Assembly (NCBI GenBank): GCA_002470605.1
Contig: DKND01000044.1
Span: 44,410-100,130 of the forward strand
Origin: Opitutia bacterium UBA7397
Lineage (GTDB): Bacteria; Verrucomicrobiota; Verrucomicrobiia; Opitutales; UBA953
Length of the DNA stretch: 55,721 nt
Reading direction: 5' to 3'
The notes under the pieces are model-generated. The model made no database searches. It saw only the letters and a list, made by a program, of their open reading frames with translations, and was not told the origin of the DNA. A program made the position numbers and the translations under genes. Positions 1-9,327 of the stretch are shown here, one piece after another; the stretch's first letter is position 1, and every line of letters begins with the position of its first letter.

Positions 1-170
1 CGGTGCAGGCGGATAAGCTCCGCATAAAGAGGCAAGGGCGTCGAGCCGGTCGCAAGTCCGAGCACGGTCTTCTTGCCCGATAGCGAGCGTAAACCAATCA
101 AGTCAGCGATATCTTTGGCGACGACCTTGGCCGCAGATGTTTTATCGAAGTGCTGACGGATAAGAGGCAT
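1..170 (-). CDS. nagB: Glucosamine-6-phosphate deaminase / 6-phosphogluconolactonase family protein, N-terminal fragment; the gene runs off the window start
   Basis: Hand translation of the minus strand from ATG at 170-168 gives MPLIRQHFDKTSAAKVVAKDIADLIGLRSLSGKKTVLGLATGSTPLPLYAELIRLH. LGLATG(S/G)TP...Y..L is the NagB/Pgl N-terminal signature. The frame stays open to position 1. Its ATG overlaps the valS TAA stop by 1 nt (TAATG). Confidence 0.6.
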   Translation of the reverse strand, partial: MPLIRQHFDKTSAAKVVAKDIADLIGLRSLSGKKTVLGLATGSTPLPLYAELIRLH

Positions 171-2896
171 TATGAGCCGAGAGTTTTCAACATCCGAGAC
201 AACTCGTCGCGTTTGGCTTTGGCTTCTTCTAATTGCTTTCGAGCACCTTCAAGAATCTGAGGGGGTGCCTTCGAAACGAAGGTTTCATTGGTGAGCTTTG
301 CTTCCCCAGCCGCGACCACTTTGTCGATTTTTTCCAACTCTTTGGTGAGACGCATGGTTTCGGCGGCCACGTCTACTGTGCCGCTTTGCTCTAATACGAC
401 GATACCGAGTCCCGAAAGCATTCCGGGTCGACTACCTGCATCAGCGGCGAAATCCAAAGCGGACAAGCCGGCCATGCGGTATAACTTGTCGCGATTATTT
501 TCGATGAGCGTTCGACCTGATGTATCCTTGGCAATCACTGTCACTACCGTGTCGCGACGGGTGGCTTGGTTATTCTGCGATTTCAACGCGCGGATGATCG
601 CCACGAATTCCCTTAACTGGGCGACATCTGAGACCTTGGATGCTACCAGCTTGATGCCATTATCACGGAGCGCCCGCAAGAGGTCACCCCCGGTGCCGGT
701 ATGATGTTGCTGGATGAAATCATTCTCGGCTCCGTAGCCTAACAAGTGCCAAAGCTCTTCGGTGATGAATGGCGCGACGGGATGCAGCAGCAGCAGGAAT
801 TGGCGCAAGACAAGGTCTTGGACCGCAAGGCAGGTATCACGGAGCCATGCATCAGCGAGACGGGCCTTAGAAGCCTCGACATACCAATCGCAGAAGTCGC
901 CCCAGAAGAATGTGTAGAGACCCTGAGCGTAAGCGGTGAACTCGTGCTCCTCAAGATGCTTGGTCGTCGCGTCGGTGAGTTCAGCCAAACCTTGCAGGAT
1001 GGCGAAATCGTCATCGTCCAGATGCTCTGACTTGATGCGGCTGATGATGCTGGTCAGGGACGAGTTATCAAACATCGGCCCGGACATCTGACGAAAGCGG
1101 GAGGCATTCCAGAGCTTGTTACAAAAGTTACGCCCCTGAGAGACGCGATCTTCGTCGAACAGGATGTCTTGGCCTTTGGGTGCGATGGAAAGAAGCCCGA
1201 AGCGCAGGCCATCTGCGCCGAATTTCGCGATCAAATCCAAGGGCTCCGGGGAGTTGCCTAGGCTCTTGGACATTTTTCTGCCCTGCTTATCGCGGATGAT
1301 ACCATTGAAATAAACCCTCTTAAAAGGGATACGGGCCCGGATTTCGTCGTCGGTGAGGGTTTTCTTTTCCGGTCCGTATAATTCAAGTCCGGCAATAATC
1401 ATACGAGCGACCCAGAGGAAGATGATATCTGGTCCCGTCGCGAGAGCACCGGTCGGATACCAGTGCTTCAATTCATCGGTCGTCTCGCCGGGCTTACGCC
1501 AACCGAGGGTCGCCAGGCACCAAAGCCATGAGGACGCCCACGTGTCCAGCACGTCGGAATCTTGTTCCCAGTTTTGCGGATCAGCCGGAGGGGTCAGGGA
1601 AACGTGACGATTGATCGCCTCGTTACGGTCGGAACCTTTCCGATACCAAACCGGGATCCGATGTCCCCACCATAACTGCCGGCTGACGCACCAATCTTGG
1701 ATGTTATCCAGCCAATGCAGGTAAGTCTTGGTCCAGCGTTCGGGGTGGAAGCGAATGATGCCGCTCGTCACGGCCCGCTTGGCCTCTTCGATCTTCGGGT
1801 AGCGGATAAACCATTGTTCGCTTAAGCGGGGCTCAATGGGAACATCGGCTCGCTCCGAATAACCAACGGTATTCTCATAAGGCTCGGTCTTTACCAACGC
1901 ACCTAGTTCATCCAGCAGCCTAGCTGCGGCTTCTCGGGCCTTGAAGCGTTCAAGGCCAGCAAGAGGGCCGGCATCGGCGCTCATCGTGCCGTCGGGATTC
2001 ATGACGTCGAGGACCGTGAGTCCATGACGCTTGCCGATGTCAAAGTCCGTCCGATCGTGCGCCGGGGTGACCTTCAGGACACCGGTACCGAATGCTGGGT
2101 CGACCGCGTTATCGCCCACGATGGGTATCGGCGCACGAGGGAAGGGGCGCCAGACGTGCTTCCCGATTAGGTTCTGATAACGCTCGTCTCCCGGGTGAAC
2201 GGCGACGGCCATGTCTCCGGGAATGGTCTCAGGCCGGGTCGTGGAGATTTCTAAAAAAGTACCTGGTAGTTCCACGACTTCGTAACGCATGCGGAACAGC
2301 GACCCTTTCGAGGGCTTCATAATCACCTCTTCATCTGATAAGCCGGTCTGGGAGACGGGGCACCAATTGACCATTCGTTTGCCACGATAGACGTACCCAC
2401 GTTCGTAGAGGGTGACGAAGGCTTGCAACACCGCTTGCGAATAACCGGCGTCGAGGGTGTGCACCGTTCGATCCCAATCACAGGATGCGCCCAGTTTCCG
2501 TAACTGACCTAAGATGATACCACCATGTTTATCCCGCCACTCCGAAGCAGTCTCGATGAACTTCTCCCGGCCCAAATCATGACGGGTCTTGCCTTGTTTT
2601 TGGCGTAACTCTTTTTCGACGCGAGATTGCGTGGCGATACCGGCGTGATCGGTGCCGGCTAACCATAAGGCTGATTTTCCTTCCTGACGGGCCCGACGCA
2701 CCATGATATCTTGTAGCGTGTTATTGAGCAGGTGACCCATATGCAGCACGCCGGTGACGTTCGGAGGCGGGATCATGACGGCGAAAGCTTCGCGCTTCGG
2801 GTCCACCTTGCCCTTGAAACAACCGGCAGCTAACCAACGGTCGTACCAGACAGATTCGACGCCTTGGGGGTCGTAAGATTTAGGGATTTCGGCCAT
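170..2896 (-). CDS. valS: Valyl-tRNA synthetase
   Basis: 908-aa ORF. Class I aaRS HIGH-type motif (PNVTGVLHMGHLLN), KMSKS motif (GRKMSKSLGN), and a C-terminal coiled-coil tail typical of ValRS. Confidence 0.97.
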   Translation of the reverse strand: MAEIPKSYDPQGVESVWYDRWLAAGCFKGKVDPKREAFAVMIPPPNVTGVLHMGHLLNNTLQDIMVRRARQEGKSALWLAGTDHAGIATQSRVEKELRQKQGKTRHDLGREKFIETASEWRDKHGGIILGQLRKLGASCDWDRTVHTLDAGYSQAVLQAFVTLYERGYVYRGKRMVNWCPVSQTGLSDEEVIMKPSKGSLFRMRYEVVELPGTFLEISTTRPETIPGDMAVAVHPGDERYQNLIGKHVWRPFPRAPIPIVGDNAVDPAFGTGVLKVTPAHDRTDFDIGKRHGLTVLDVMNPDGTMSADAGPLAGLERFKAREAAARLLDELGALVKTEPYENTVGYSERADVPIEPRLSEQWFIRYPKIEEAKRAVTSGIIRFHPERWTKTYLHWLDNIQDWCVSRQLWWGHRIPVWYRKGSDRNEAINRHVSLTPPADPQNWEQDSDVLDTWASSWLWCLATLGWRKPGETTDELKHWYPTGALATGPDIIFLWVARMIIAGLELYGPEKKTLTDDEIRARIPFKRVYFNGIIRDKQGRKMSKSLGNSPEPLDLIAKFGADGLRFGLLSIAPKGQDILFDEDRVSQGRNFCNKLWNASRFRQMSGPMFDNSSLTSIISRIKSEHLDDDDFAILQGLAELTDATTKHLEEHEFTAYAQGLYTFFWGDFCDWYVEASKARLADAWLRDTCLAVQDLVLRQFLLLLHPVAPFITEELWHLLGYGAENDFIQQHHTGTGGDLLRALRDNGIKLVASKVSDVAQLREFVAIIRALKSQNNQATRRDTVVTVIAKDTSGRTLIENNRDKLYRMAGLSALDFAADAGSRPGMLSGLGIVVLEQSGTVDVAAETMRLTKELEKIDKVVAAGEAKLTNETFVSKAPPQILEGARKQLEEAKAKRDELSRMLKTLGS

Positions 2897-2963
2897 CGGG
2901 AAACTGAATGATTAGGGTGTAAGTTGGAGATTGAAAAGAGCGGATTGCCCCCCCATGAATATA

Positions 2964-3066
2964 GGTAAGCCAGGCCCCATGCAGCGGGTAGCCGACGAAT
3001 CCCGCCAGGTCCGGAAGGAAGCAACGGCAGTCAGTTTACTCGTGTGCCGTGGCAAGCCTGGCCCCT
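2964..3066 (+). ncRNA. ffs: Signal recognition particle RNA (small bacterial 4.5S type)
   Basis: CCAGGTCCGGAAGGAAGCAACGGCAG (about 3005-3030) matches the universally conserved SRP RNA domain IV, including the GGAA tetraloop (E. coli 4.5S: CAGGUCCGGAAGGAAGCAGCCAAGGCAG). The downstream CGTGTGCCG is identical to E. coli. A closing helix forms between GCCAGGC (2969-2975) and GCCTGGC (3056-3062). The ends are approximate. Confidence 0.85.
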
Positions 3067-3077
3067 TCTTTAATTTT

Positions 3078-3098
3078 ATCCGCCCCTTGTCGGATTTT
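3078..3098 (+). terminator. Possible intrinsic terminator after the SRP RNA
   Basis: Short hairpin ATCCG(3078-3082)-8 nt loop-CGGAT(3091-3095), followed by TTT. The stem is only 5 bp, so this is weak. Confidence 0.25.
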
Positions 3099-3117
3099 AA
3101 TTGGATGTTTTCGTGCG

Positions 3118-3609
3118 TTACCTTGGACCTTCGGGCTCTTTGAAACGTTCTTCGGGTGACTCGAAATTTTCAGCGTTAAAGGCGGCATCTACATGTTGGG
3201 TCAACCACCAGCGCACGTAATGCTGATTTGTGCAGAATCCAAGAGTGTGTCCCGCGTGAAGAATGGTGATGCCAACGTCGGTCTGGCGTTGGCAAATCGA
3301 ACAAACTGCGGGGACGGAAACGTGCGGTTCGACTGCATCGTGCCATGGGATGCGCACATAACCTTCATAAAGACCGCTGCTGGTGATCGACCCGATCAGA
3401 GGTTCATCGACGTTACGCAATTCAGGCTTTTTGCCGTAACCGAAGTTATCACAATAAGTCCAGAAAGGGTTGGAAAGAGCAACTTGGCGTAACGTGCAGA
3501 AAGAAATGCGTCGGAACTTTTCTCGATCCGAAGGGTGGGGGTGGGCCATTTCTTGCACGGCCCGGTTGTGGGAGCAATTACCGCAACAATCTGGTCCGCC
3601 GTTAGGCAT
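3118..3609 (-). CDS. Hypothetical Cys/His-rich protein (putative metal-binding), fourth cistron of the sucAB-lpdA operon
   Basis: 163-aa ORF starting 3 nt after the lpdA stop (minus strand reads TAA GGG ATG). Eight Cys, including CCxxC (aa 8-12) and CxxC (aa 103-106), plus many His. I recognise no family. Confidence 0.6.
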   Translation of the reverse strand: MPNGGPDCCGNCSHNRAVQEMAHPHPSDREKFRRISFCTLRQVALSNPFWTYCDNFGYGKKPELRNVDEPLIGSITSSGLYEGYVRIPWHDAVEPHVSVPAVCSICQRQTDVGITILHAGHTLGFCTNQHYVRWWLTQHVDAAFNAENFESPEERFKEPEGPR

Positions 3610-3612
3610 CCC

Positions 3613-5013
3613 TTAAAGCGAGTGGATGCTCATCTTGCTGACGGCCATGGCGGCTTCTTTGAAAGATTCGCTGACAGTCGGATGGGCAAAACAAGTCCGA
3701 GCGACATCTTCGGCGCTGCCGCCGTATTCCATGTGAGCGCAAGCAGCGGCAATCATTTCAGACGCACCTTTAGCTACCATCTGCACGCCTAAAACTTTAT
3801 CGGACTTCGCACAAGCGATGACCTTAATCATGCCCGCGGTACCGTCGGTGGCAATTGCCCGACCGTTACCGCTCAACTGGAACTTACCGATTTTAATTTC
3901 GATATTCTTGGCTTTGGCCTCGGCTTCAGAAATTCCCACGGAAGCAACCTCAGGGTCGGTATAGATCACGCCCGGAATGACTGCATAATTCACATGGCCA
4001 TGCTTCCCGGCAATGTTCTCCGCGACGGCCACGCCTTCTTCTTCGGCTTTGTGCGCGAGCATCGGACCGGCGACCACATCGCCGATGGCGTATACTCCAG
4101 GCAGGTTGGTCAAGAAATGGCCATCGATGACAACCCGGCCGCGTTCGTCGAGCTTTAGGCCGGCTTCGGCGGCACCCAGACCCGTCGTATTGGCCTTCCG
4201 GCCGACGGCGACCAAGATCTTATCCGCAGGGAATTCAAGGACCTTACCATCACGCTCAGCCGTCAGGGCAAAACCAGCTGCGCTCTTTTTAACGCCAGTC
4301 ACCTTGGTGCCCAATTCAAATTTGATCCCTTGTTTTTCCAAAGCGGTCTGGGCGGCTTTGGCGATATCTGCGTCATAAGAAGGTCCACCGATAGTGGTGA
4401 GCATTTCGACCACTGTAACCTGAGAACCGAGACGTGACCAAACGGAGCCGAGCTCCAGTCCGATCGCGCCCGCACCCACGACGACCATCTTTTCCGGGAC
4501 GCTCTTCAAGGCGATCCCATGATCTGACGAGATCACCGTCTCACCGTCAAATTTCATGAAGGGTAATTCAATCGGTACTGAGCCAGTCGCGATCAGGATA
4601 TTTTTCGTGTTCAGGATGCGCTCGCCGGCAGAACTGCGGACCAGGACTTCGCCGGGCTTGCCCAAACGACCAAGGCCGCGAACGACCTCGACACCGCGCT
4701 TAGTGACCAGAAATTCGACACCTTTATTGAGCTGACCCACCACCTTATCCTTATTGGCCATCAACGCCGAAACATCAAAGGTCAGCTTATCAGCCCCGAC
4801 GATGCCATGCTTTTTGCTATCACGGGCGTGATGCCAGACTTCAGTGGAATGGAGCAAAGCTTTGGAAGGAATGCAGCCGATGTTGAGGCAGGTGCCACCT
4901 AAGCTTTGGTCTTTTTCAACCAGCGCGACCTTGAGGCCTAGCTGGGCGGCCTTGATGGCAGCCACATAACCGCCGGGACCGGAGCCGATGATGACGAGAT
5001 CGAGTTGAGACAT
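3613..5013 (-). CDS. lpdA: Dihydrolipoyl dehydrogenase (E3)
   Basis: FAD GxGxxG motif (IIGSGPGG), redox-active disulfide motif GGTCLNIGCIPSK, and the C-terminal interface motif FAHPT. Confidence 0.95.
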   Translation of the reverse strand: MSQLDLVIIGSGPGGYVAAIKAAQLGLKVALVEKDQSLGGTCLNIGCIPSKALLHSTEVWHHARDSKKHGIVGADKLTFDVSALMANKDKVVGQLNKGVEFLVTKRGVEVVRGLGRLGKPGEVLVRSSAGERILNTKNILIATGSVPIELPFMKFDGETVISSDHGIALKSVPEKMVVVGAGAIGLELGSVWSRLGSQVTVVEMLTTIGGPSYDADIAKAAQTALEKQGIKFELGTKVTGVKKSAAGFALTAERDGKVLEFPADKILVAVGRKANTTGLGAAEAGLKLDERGRVVIDGHFLTNLPGVYAIGDVVAGPMLAHKAEEEGVAVAENIAGKHGHVNYAVIPGVIYTDPEVASVGISEAEAKAKNIEIKIGKFQLSGNGRAIATDGTAGMIKVIACAKSDKVLGVQMVAKGASEMIAAACAHMEYGGSAEDVARTCFAHPTVSESFKEAAMAVSKMSIHSL

Positions 5014-5036
5014 TGAGGTAAGAAAAAAAGGGGTGA

Positions 5037-6332
5037 TTAGACGCCGAATAGAAGGCGTTGAGGGTCTTCGATGAATTGACGTACCTTGACCAAGAAGGTG
5101 ACGGCTTCCTTGCCATCGATGATACGGTGATCGTAAGAGAGGGCTAGATACATGATAGGACGAATGACCACCTGGCCGTTCTCCGCTACGGGCCGCTCAA
5201 CGATATTATGCAGCCCCATGATGGCCGCCTGAGGATGGTTGAGGATCGGCGTCGAAAGCATCGAGCCGTAGATACCCCCATTGGAAATGGTGAAGATGCC
5301 TCCCTGCAGTTCCGCCAATTGGATCTTACCGTCACGGGCGCGCTTGCCGTAATCCCCGATGCTTTTTTCGATGGCCGCAAAAGAAAGCTGATCGCAATCA
5401 CGGACGACAGGGACCATGAGGCCTTTATCCGTACCGACCGCGACGCCGATATCATAGAAGTGATTTTCCACGATCTCTTCACCGTCAAGCTGCGCGTTGA
5501 TGGCCGGCACTTCTTTCATGGCCTGAACCGCTGCCTTGACGAAGAAGGACATGAAACCAAGTTTGACGCCGTATTTCTTGAGGAATTCCTCACCATGACG
5601 TTTGCGCAACTCCATGACCGGTGCCATGTTGACCTCATTGAAAGTCGTGAGCATCGCCGTCTCTGACTTCGCCTGAACGAGTCTTTCGGCGATCTTTCGG
5701 CGCAAGGGTGACATCTTCTTGCGCGAGGTCCGGCCATCGCGCGAAGGAATGACGGCCGCTACCGGTACGACCGGTGCAGAGGCTGAAGCAACGCCAACGG
5801 AAGCAGGTGCGGCAGCAGTGCGGGATGCGCTCGAATCGACGGCCAGGATGGGAGACTGACCGGCCAAGGCGGCCAACATATCGCCTTTGGTCACACGACC
5901 GGCTTTGCCGCTACCTTCGAGGGCAGCAGGATTCAATCCCGTCTCAGCCGCAATGCGACGCACGGCTGGAGAAATCTCAGCGGCCGGACCAGATTTATTT
6001 AAAATATTCACCTCCGTTTTCGCCAGTCGCGCCACGACAGGGGCTGGAGCCACGCTCGCTACGGCAGGGGAGCTTGGTGCGGGAACCGAACCCGCAGCAC
6101 CGGCTTCGATGCTGGCAACGATCTGCCCGACCAAGACTTCCGTTCCAGCCGGGACGGCTATGGTCAGCTGACCGTCGATTTCGGCCGTACCTTCAGAAGT
6201 AACCTTATCGGTTTCATAGGAGAAGAGAGGTTGGCCCTTGCGGACCGCGTCCCCAGATTGCACCAACCAGGCGGCCAAGAGCCCACCGGTGATAGATTCT
6301 CCCATGGGAGGGATTTTGACGTCGACAGCCAT
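5037..6332 (-). CDS. sucB: Dihydrolipoyllysine-residue succinyltransferase (E2 of 2-oxoglutarate dehydrogenase)
   Basis: Lipoyl domain ([14 protein letters not shown]..., lipoyl-Lys in YETDKVTSE), Ala/Pro linkers, an E3-binding segment ([13 protein letters not shown]) and the catalytic DHRIIDG motif. The ORF track starts at TTG 6377. I prefer ATG 6332, which gives the canonical lipoyl-domain N-terminus. Confidence 0.93.
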   Translation of the reverse strand: MAVDVKIPPMGESITGGLLAAWLVQSGDAVRKGQPLFSYETDKVTSEGTAEIDGQLTIAVPAGTEVLVGQIVASIEAGAAGSVPAPSSPAVASVAPAPVVARLAKTEVNILNKSGPAAEISPAVRRIAAETGLNPAALEGSGKAGRVTKGDMLAALAGQSPILAVDSSASRTAAAPASVGVASASAPVVPVAAVIPSRDGRTSRKKMSPLRRKIAERLVQAKSETAMLTTFNEVNMAPVMELRKRHGEEFLKKYGVKLGFMSFFVKAAVQAMKEVPAINAQLDGEEIVENHFYDIGVAVGTDKGLMVPVVRDCDQLSFAAIEKSIGDYGKRARDGKIQLAELQGGIFTISNGGIYGSMLSTPILNHPQAAIMGLHNIVERPVAENGQVVIRPIMYLALSYDHRIIDGKEAVTFLVKVRQFIEDPQRLLFGV

Positions 6333-6468
6333 GTAAAGTAAGTAGGTAACCTTGGAACTCCTTGCGGACTGTTTCAACGGGGAAATAGGCGTATAATGGA
6401 CGACTTATGTCCATTCACAGGGTAGTAGCGGGACATACTGACCCAGCAAGTAAATCTACTGAGCTTGA

Positions 6469-9195
6469 TTAGCGGGTGAAAGCCTGCCGGATGACATCCG
6501 CTTGCTCGATTTTATGAACTGCGAGCGAACCAACGGCAGGGGAGGCAGCGGCGTCGCGACCGGCATAGAGCGGGCGAAGACCGAGGCATTCCTCGATCAG
6601 CGGGGCAACGAAAGACCAACCACCCATGTTCTTGGGTTCATCTTGCGCCCAAATGATTTTCCTTGGAGCGCCAAGTTGCTGATAGAGTTTCTTCAGATTC
6701 GCGGCATCAAAAGGATAGAATTGCTCAAGACGCAGTATGCTCGTGTCGGCATCCTTCTTCGCCTGACGTTCGGCATCAAGTTCGTAGAAGATTTTTCCGG
6801 AGCAAATAACCAACCTGGATGTCTTTGGAGCAGGTGTCGCGTCGGGGATCACCGTGCAGAATTCTCCAGCGGTGAAGTCAGCCAGAACGCTGACGCAAGC
6901 CTTGTGCCGCAATAAGCTTTTAGGAGTCAGGACGACCAAGGGCTTACGCAATTCAGCCTTAACTTGGCGCCTTAAGGCGTGGAAAATCTGGGCAGGTGTG
7001 GAGGGTTGAATGACCTGAAGGTTATTCTCCGCGCACAACTGAAGGAAACGTTCCAGCCGGGCTGATGAGTGTTCGGGCCCCTGTCCTTCGTAGCCGTGAG
7101 GCAAAAGAAGGGTAAGGCCGCTGGTCTGACCCCATTTCGATTCAGCTGAAGCTAGGAATTGGTCGATGATGATCTGAGCGCCATTGGCGAAATCGCCGAA
7201 TTGAGCCTCCCAGATGACCAGAGAGTCAGGCGCCTCCAATGAGTAGCCGTAATCAAATCCGAGCACCGCATATTCCGAAAGCGATGAATTGACCAACTCG
7301 ATCTTCGCGCCGCCTACGGAAGACAGCGGACAATACTCCGCATCATTGGAAGGATCGTGTAAAACGGCATGGCGATGCGAAAACGTACCGCGTTCGCAAT
7401 CTTGGCCAGAAAGGCGGATCGGATGGCCTTCGGCCAGTAAAGTCGCGAAGGCCAGGCCCTCGCCGAGACACCAGTCAAAATTAACGCCCGACTTGAAAGC
7501 TTCGGCTTTGATATCCAGGAGGCGTTTTATTTTCGGGTTCGGACTGAAATCAGGCGGCATCTGCCACAACGCCGGAGCAACCTTATCCAGCAGGGAAGCC
7601 GCAACGGAAGTGTCCGTTTTAAAATCGTAAGGAGAATTGAACGGGCGCACTTCGGCTGGTTGCTTCTTCCGCGCTTCGATTTCGACCGCGACGGCAGCTT
7701 GGGCGCGATCTTGCGCGGCGTTCAGCAGGACTTCGCATTCCGTGCGCAACGCCACCAGCAGGCCGTCTGGGGTCGAACCGGATTCGGTCAGACGGGAAGC
7801 ATACAGTTCGGCAACGGAAGGGTGAGAGGTGATGTTACGATAAAGTACGGGCTGCGTAAAAGCAGGTTCGTCAGTTTCGTTATGTCCGTAACGTCGGTAA
7901 CATACGATATCAACGACCGCATCCGCGCCAAATTTCTGCCGGTACTCCAGGGCGATTTCGGTAGCTAAGACAACGGCATCAGGGTCGTCACCGTTAGCGT
8001 GAAGAATCGGGGATTCGGTGAACTTGGCGATTTCGGTACAATGATGACCGGTACGGGCTTCATCAGGATTCGTGGTGAAGCCGACTTGATTATTACTTAC
8101 GAGATGAATAGTGCCACCCACCGAGTAACCCTTTAAGCCGGCGAGATTCAAGGTTTCCATCACCACGCCTTGGCCAGCAAAAGCGGCATCACCGTGAATC
8201 AGGACAGGAAGGGCGTCAGCCCTGTTCGCTCCTGCTTGCAGGTCGATGCGTGCGCGCGTGCGCCCAAGAGCGACGGGATTGACGGCTTCGAGATGGCTCG
8301 GATTATAGGCCAAAGAGATGGCGATTTTTTTCCCACCCACGTTTCGTTCGCCTTCATAACCCAAGTGGTATTTGACATCACCGTCTCCGGTGGAGGTATC
8401 AGGAAGGTGATGTTCGGAGAAAGCGGAGAAAAGTTGCTCGGGCTTCTTGCCGCAGAAGTTTACCAAGACATTAAGCCGACCGCGATGGGCCATCCCTAGT
8501 ACGATATCCGTGATCTTTAGCCCAGGAGAACGATGTAAAAGCTGTTCGAGGGCGGCCATGATGACCTCGCCGCCTTCGACCGAAAAACGTTTCGCACCTA
8601 CGAAAGTACGGTGCAAGAAACGTTCGAACTGCTCGGCCTGAACGATCGCATGCAAAAAACGCTTACGCGCATCCGCGTCATAAGCAGGGCGAAGGCCGCA
8701 CGATTCGATGCGATCCTGGAGCCAACGACGACGCTCGCCGTCTTGGATGTGCGTATATTCAACGCCGATGGGTCCGCAGTAAATGGATTTAAGTTTGGCA
8801 AGAATCTCGGAGAGGGGTAACGATTTGCCACCTAAGAAATCACCGGTATTAAAAATCTTATCAGGTGCGACACCATCGAGCCCCAAAGCCTTATCGGTGA
8901 GCTCGAAGTGAGGAGTGGCATCGAAGAGCGGATTGAGCCGGGCTTGAAGATGTCCGAGAAGCCGATAGGCGTTGATCGCCGCCAAGACCTTCCATTGCGA
9001 AGCGGCATCGACACCCGAGCCAACGGGACCGCTGTTTTTCGTAGAAGCTTTCGGAGGAAGGCTGACACCTAACTCGAACCCTTCAAAAAAGGTACGCCAT
9101 TCGGCATCGACGGAGGTCGGGTCAGCCGTCCAGCGCTCATGATAAGTCGCGACGAGATCGGCATTCCAACGGGTTCCTACACTAAGATGTTTCAT
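6469..9195 (-). CDS. sucA: 2-oxoglutarate dehydrogenase E1 component
   Basis: 908 aa with E1o-type architecture. ThDP-binding region HGDAAFAGQGVVMETLNL, and it lies upstream of sucB-lpdA on the same strand. Confidence 0.95.
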   Translation of the reverse strand: MKHLSVGTRWNADLVATYHERWTADPTSVDAEWRTFFEGFELGVSLPPKASTKNSGPVGSGVDAASQWKVLAAINAYRLLGHLQARLNPLFDATPHFELTDKALGLDGVAPDKIFNTGDFLGGKSLPLSEILAKLKSIYCGPIGVEYTHIQDGERRRWLQDRIESCGLRPAYDADARKRFLHAIVQAEQFERFLHRTFVGAKRFSVEGGEVIMAALEQLLHRSPGLKITDIVLGMAHRGRLNVLVNFCGKKPEQLFSAFSEHHLPDTSTGDGDVKYHLGYEGERNVGGKKIAISLAYNPSHLEAVNPVALGRTRARIDLQAGANRADALPVLIHGDAAFAGQGVVMETLNLAGLKGYSVGGTIHLVSNNQVGFTTNPDEARTGHHCTEIAKFTESPILHANGDDPDAVVLATEIALEYRQKFGADAVVDIVCYRRYGHNETDEPAFTQPVLYRNITSHPSVAELYASRLTESGSTPDGLLVALRTECEVLLNAAQDRAQAAVAVEIEARKKQPAEVRPFNSPYDFKTDTSVAASLLDKVAPALWQMPPDFSPNPKIKRLLDIKAEAFKSGVNFDWCLGEGLAFATLLAEGHPIRLSGQDCERGTFSHRHAVLHDPSNDAEYCPLSSVGGAKIELVNSSLSEYAVLGFDYGYSLEAPDSLVIWEAQFGDFANGAQIIIDQFLASAESKWGQTSGLTLLLPHGYEGQGPEHSSARLERFLQLCAENNLQVIQPSTPAQIFHALRRQVKAELRKPLVVLTPKSLLRHKACVSVLADFTAGEFCTVIPDATPAPKTSRLVICSGKIFYELDAERQAKKDADTSILRLEQFYPFDAANLKKLYQQLGAPRKIIWAQDEPKNMGGWSFVAPLIEECLGLRPLYAGRDAAASPAVGSLAVHKIEQADVIRQAFTR

Positions 9196-9286
9196 TTAAG
9201 TGACGAAGAAAGGAGTGAGAACCCTAGCCATTCTGAGCTTTATTAACAAGCCCAGACGCTGCTCAAAAAAAGCCAGACTTTGGGGG

Positions 9287-9315
9287 TTGAAACGACAAAA
9301 ATATGACGGTTTAAT
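9287..9315 (+). promoter_or_regulatory. Candidate sigma70-like promoter for the SNF2 helicase gene
   Basis: TTGAAA (9287-9292), a 17-nt spacer, then TTTAAT (9310-9315), ending 12 nt before ATG 9328. This would give a very short leader. Pattern match only. Confidence 0.25.
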
Positions 9316-9327
9316 TCACTTTCGTCG

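Noticed and set aside
2830-3143. Two ORF-track entries (64 aa on the minus strand, 70 aa on the plus strand) in the valS upstream spacer.
   Set aside because: They overlap the SRP RNA signature and have no coding-like features, so they are artefacts of a structured RNA gene.
6395-6415. Hairpin AATGGAC-7 nt-GTCCATT in the sucA-sucB spacer.
   Set aside because: The 7-bp stem has no U-tract and lies inside an operon. It may affect mRNA processing, but it is too small to call from sequence alone.
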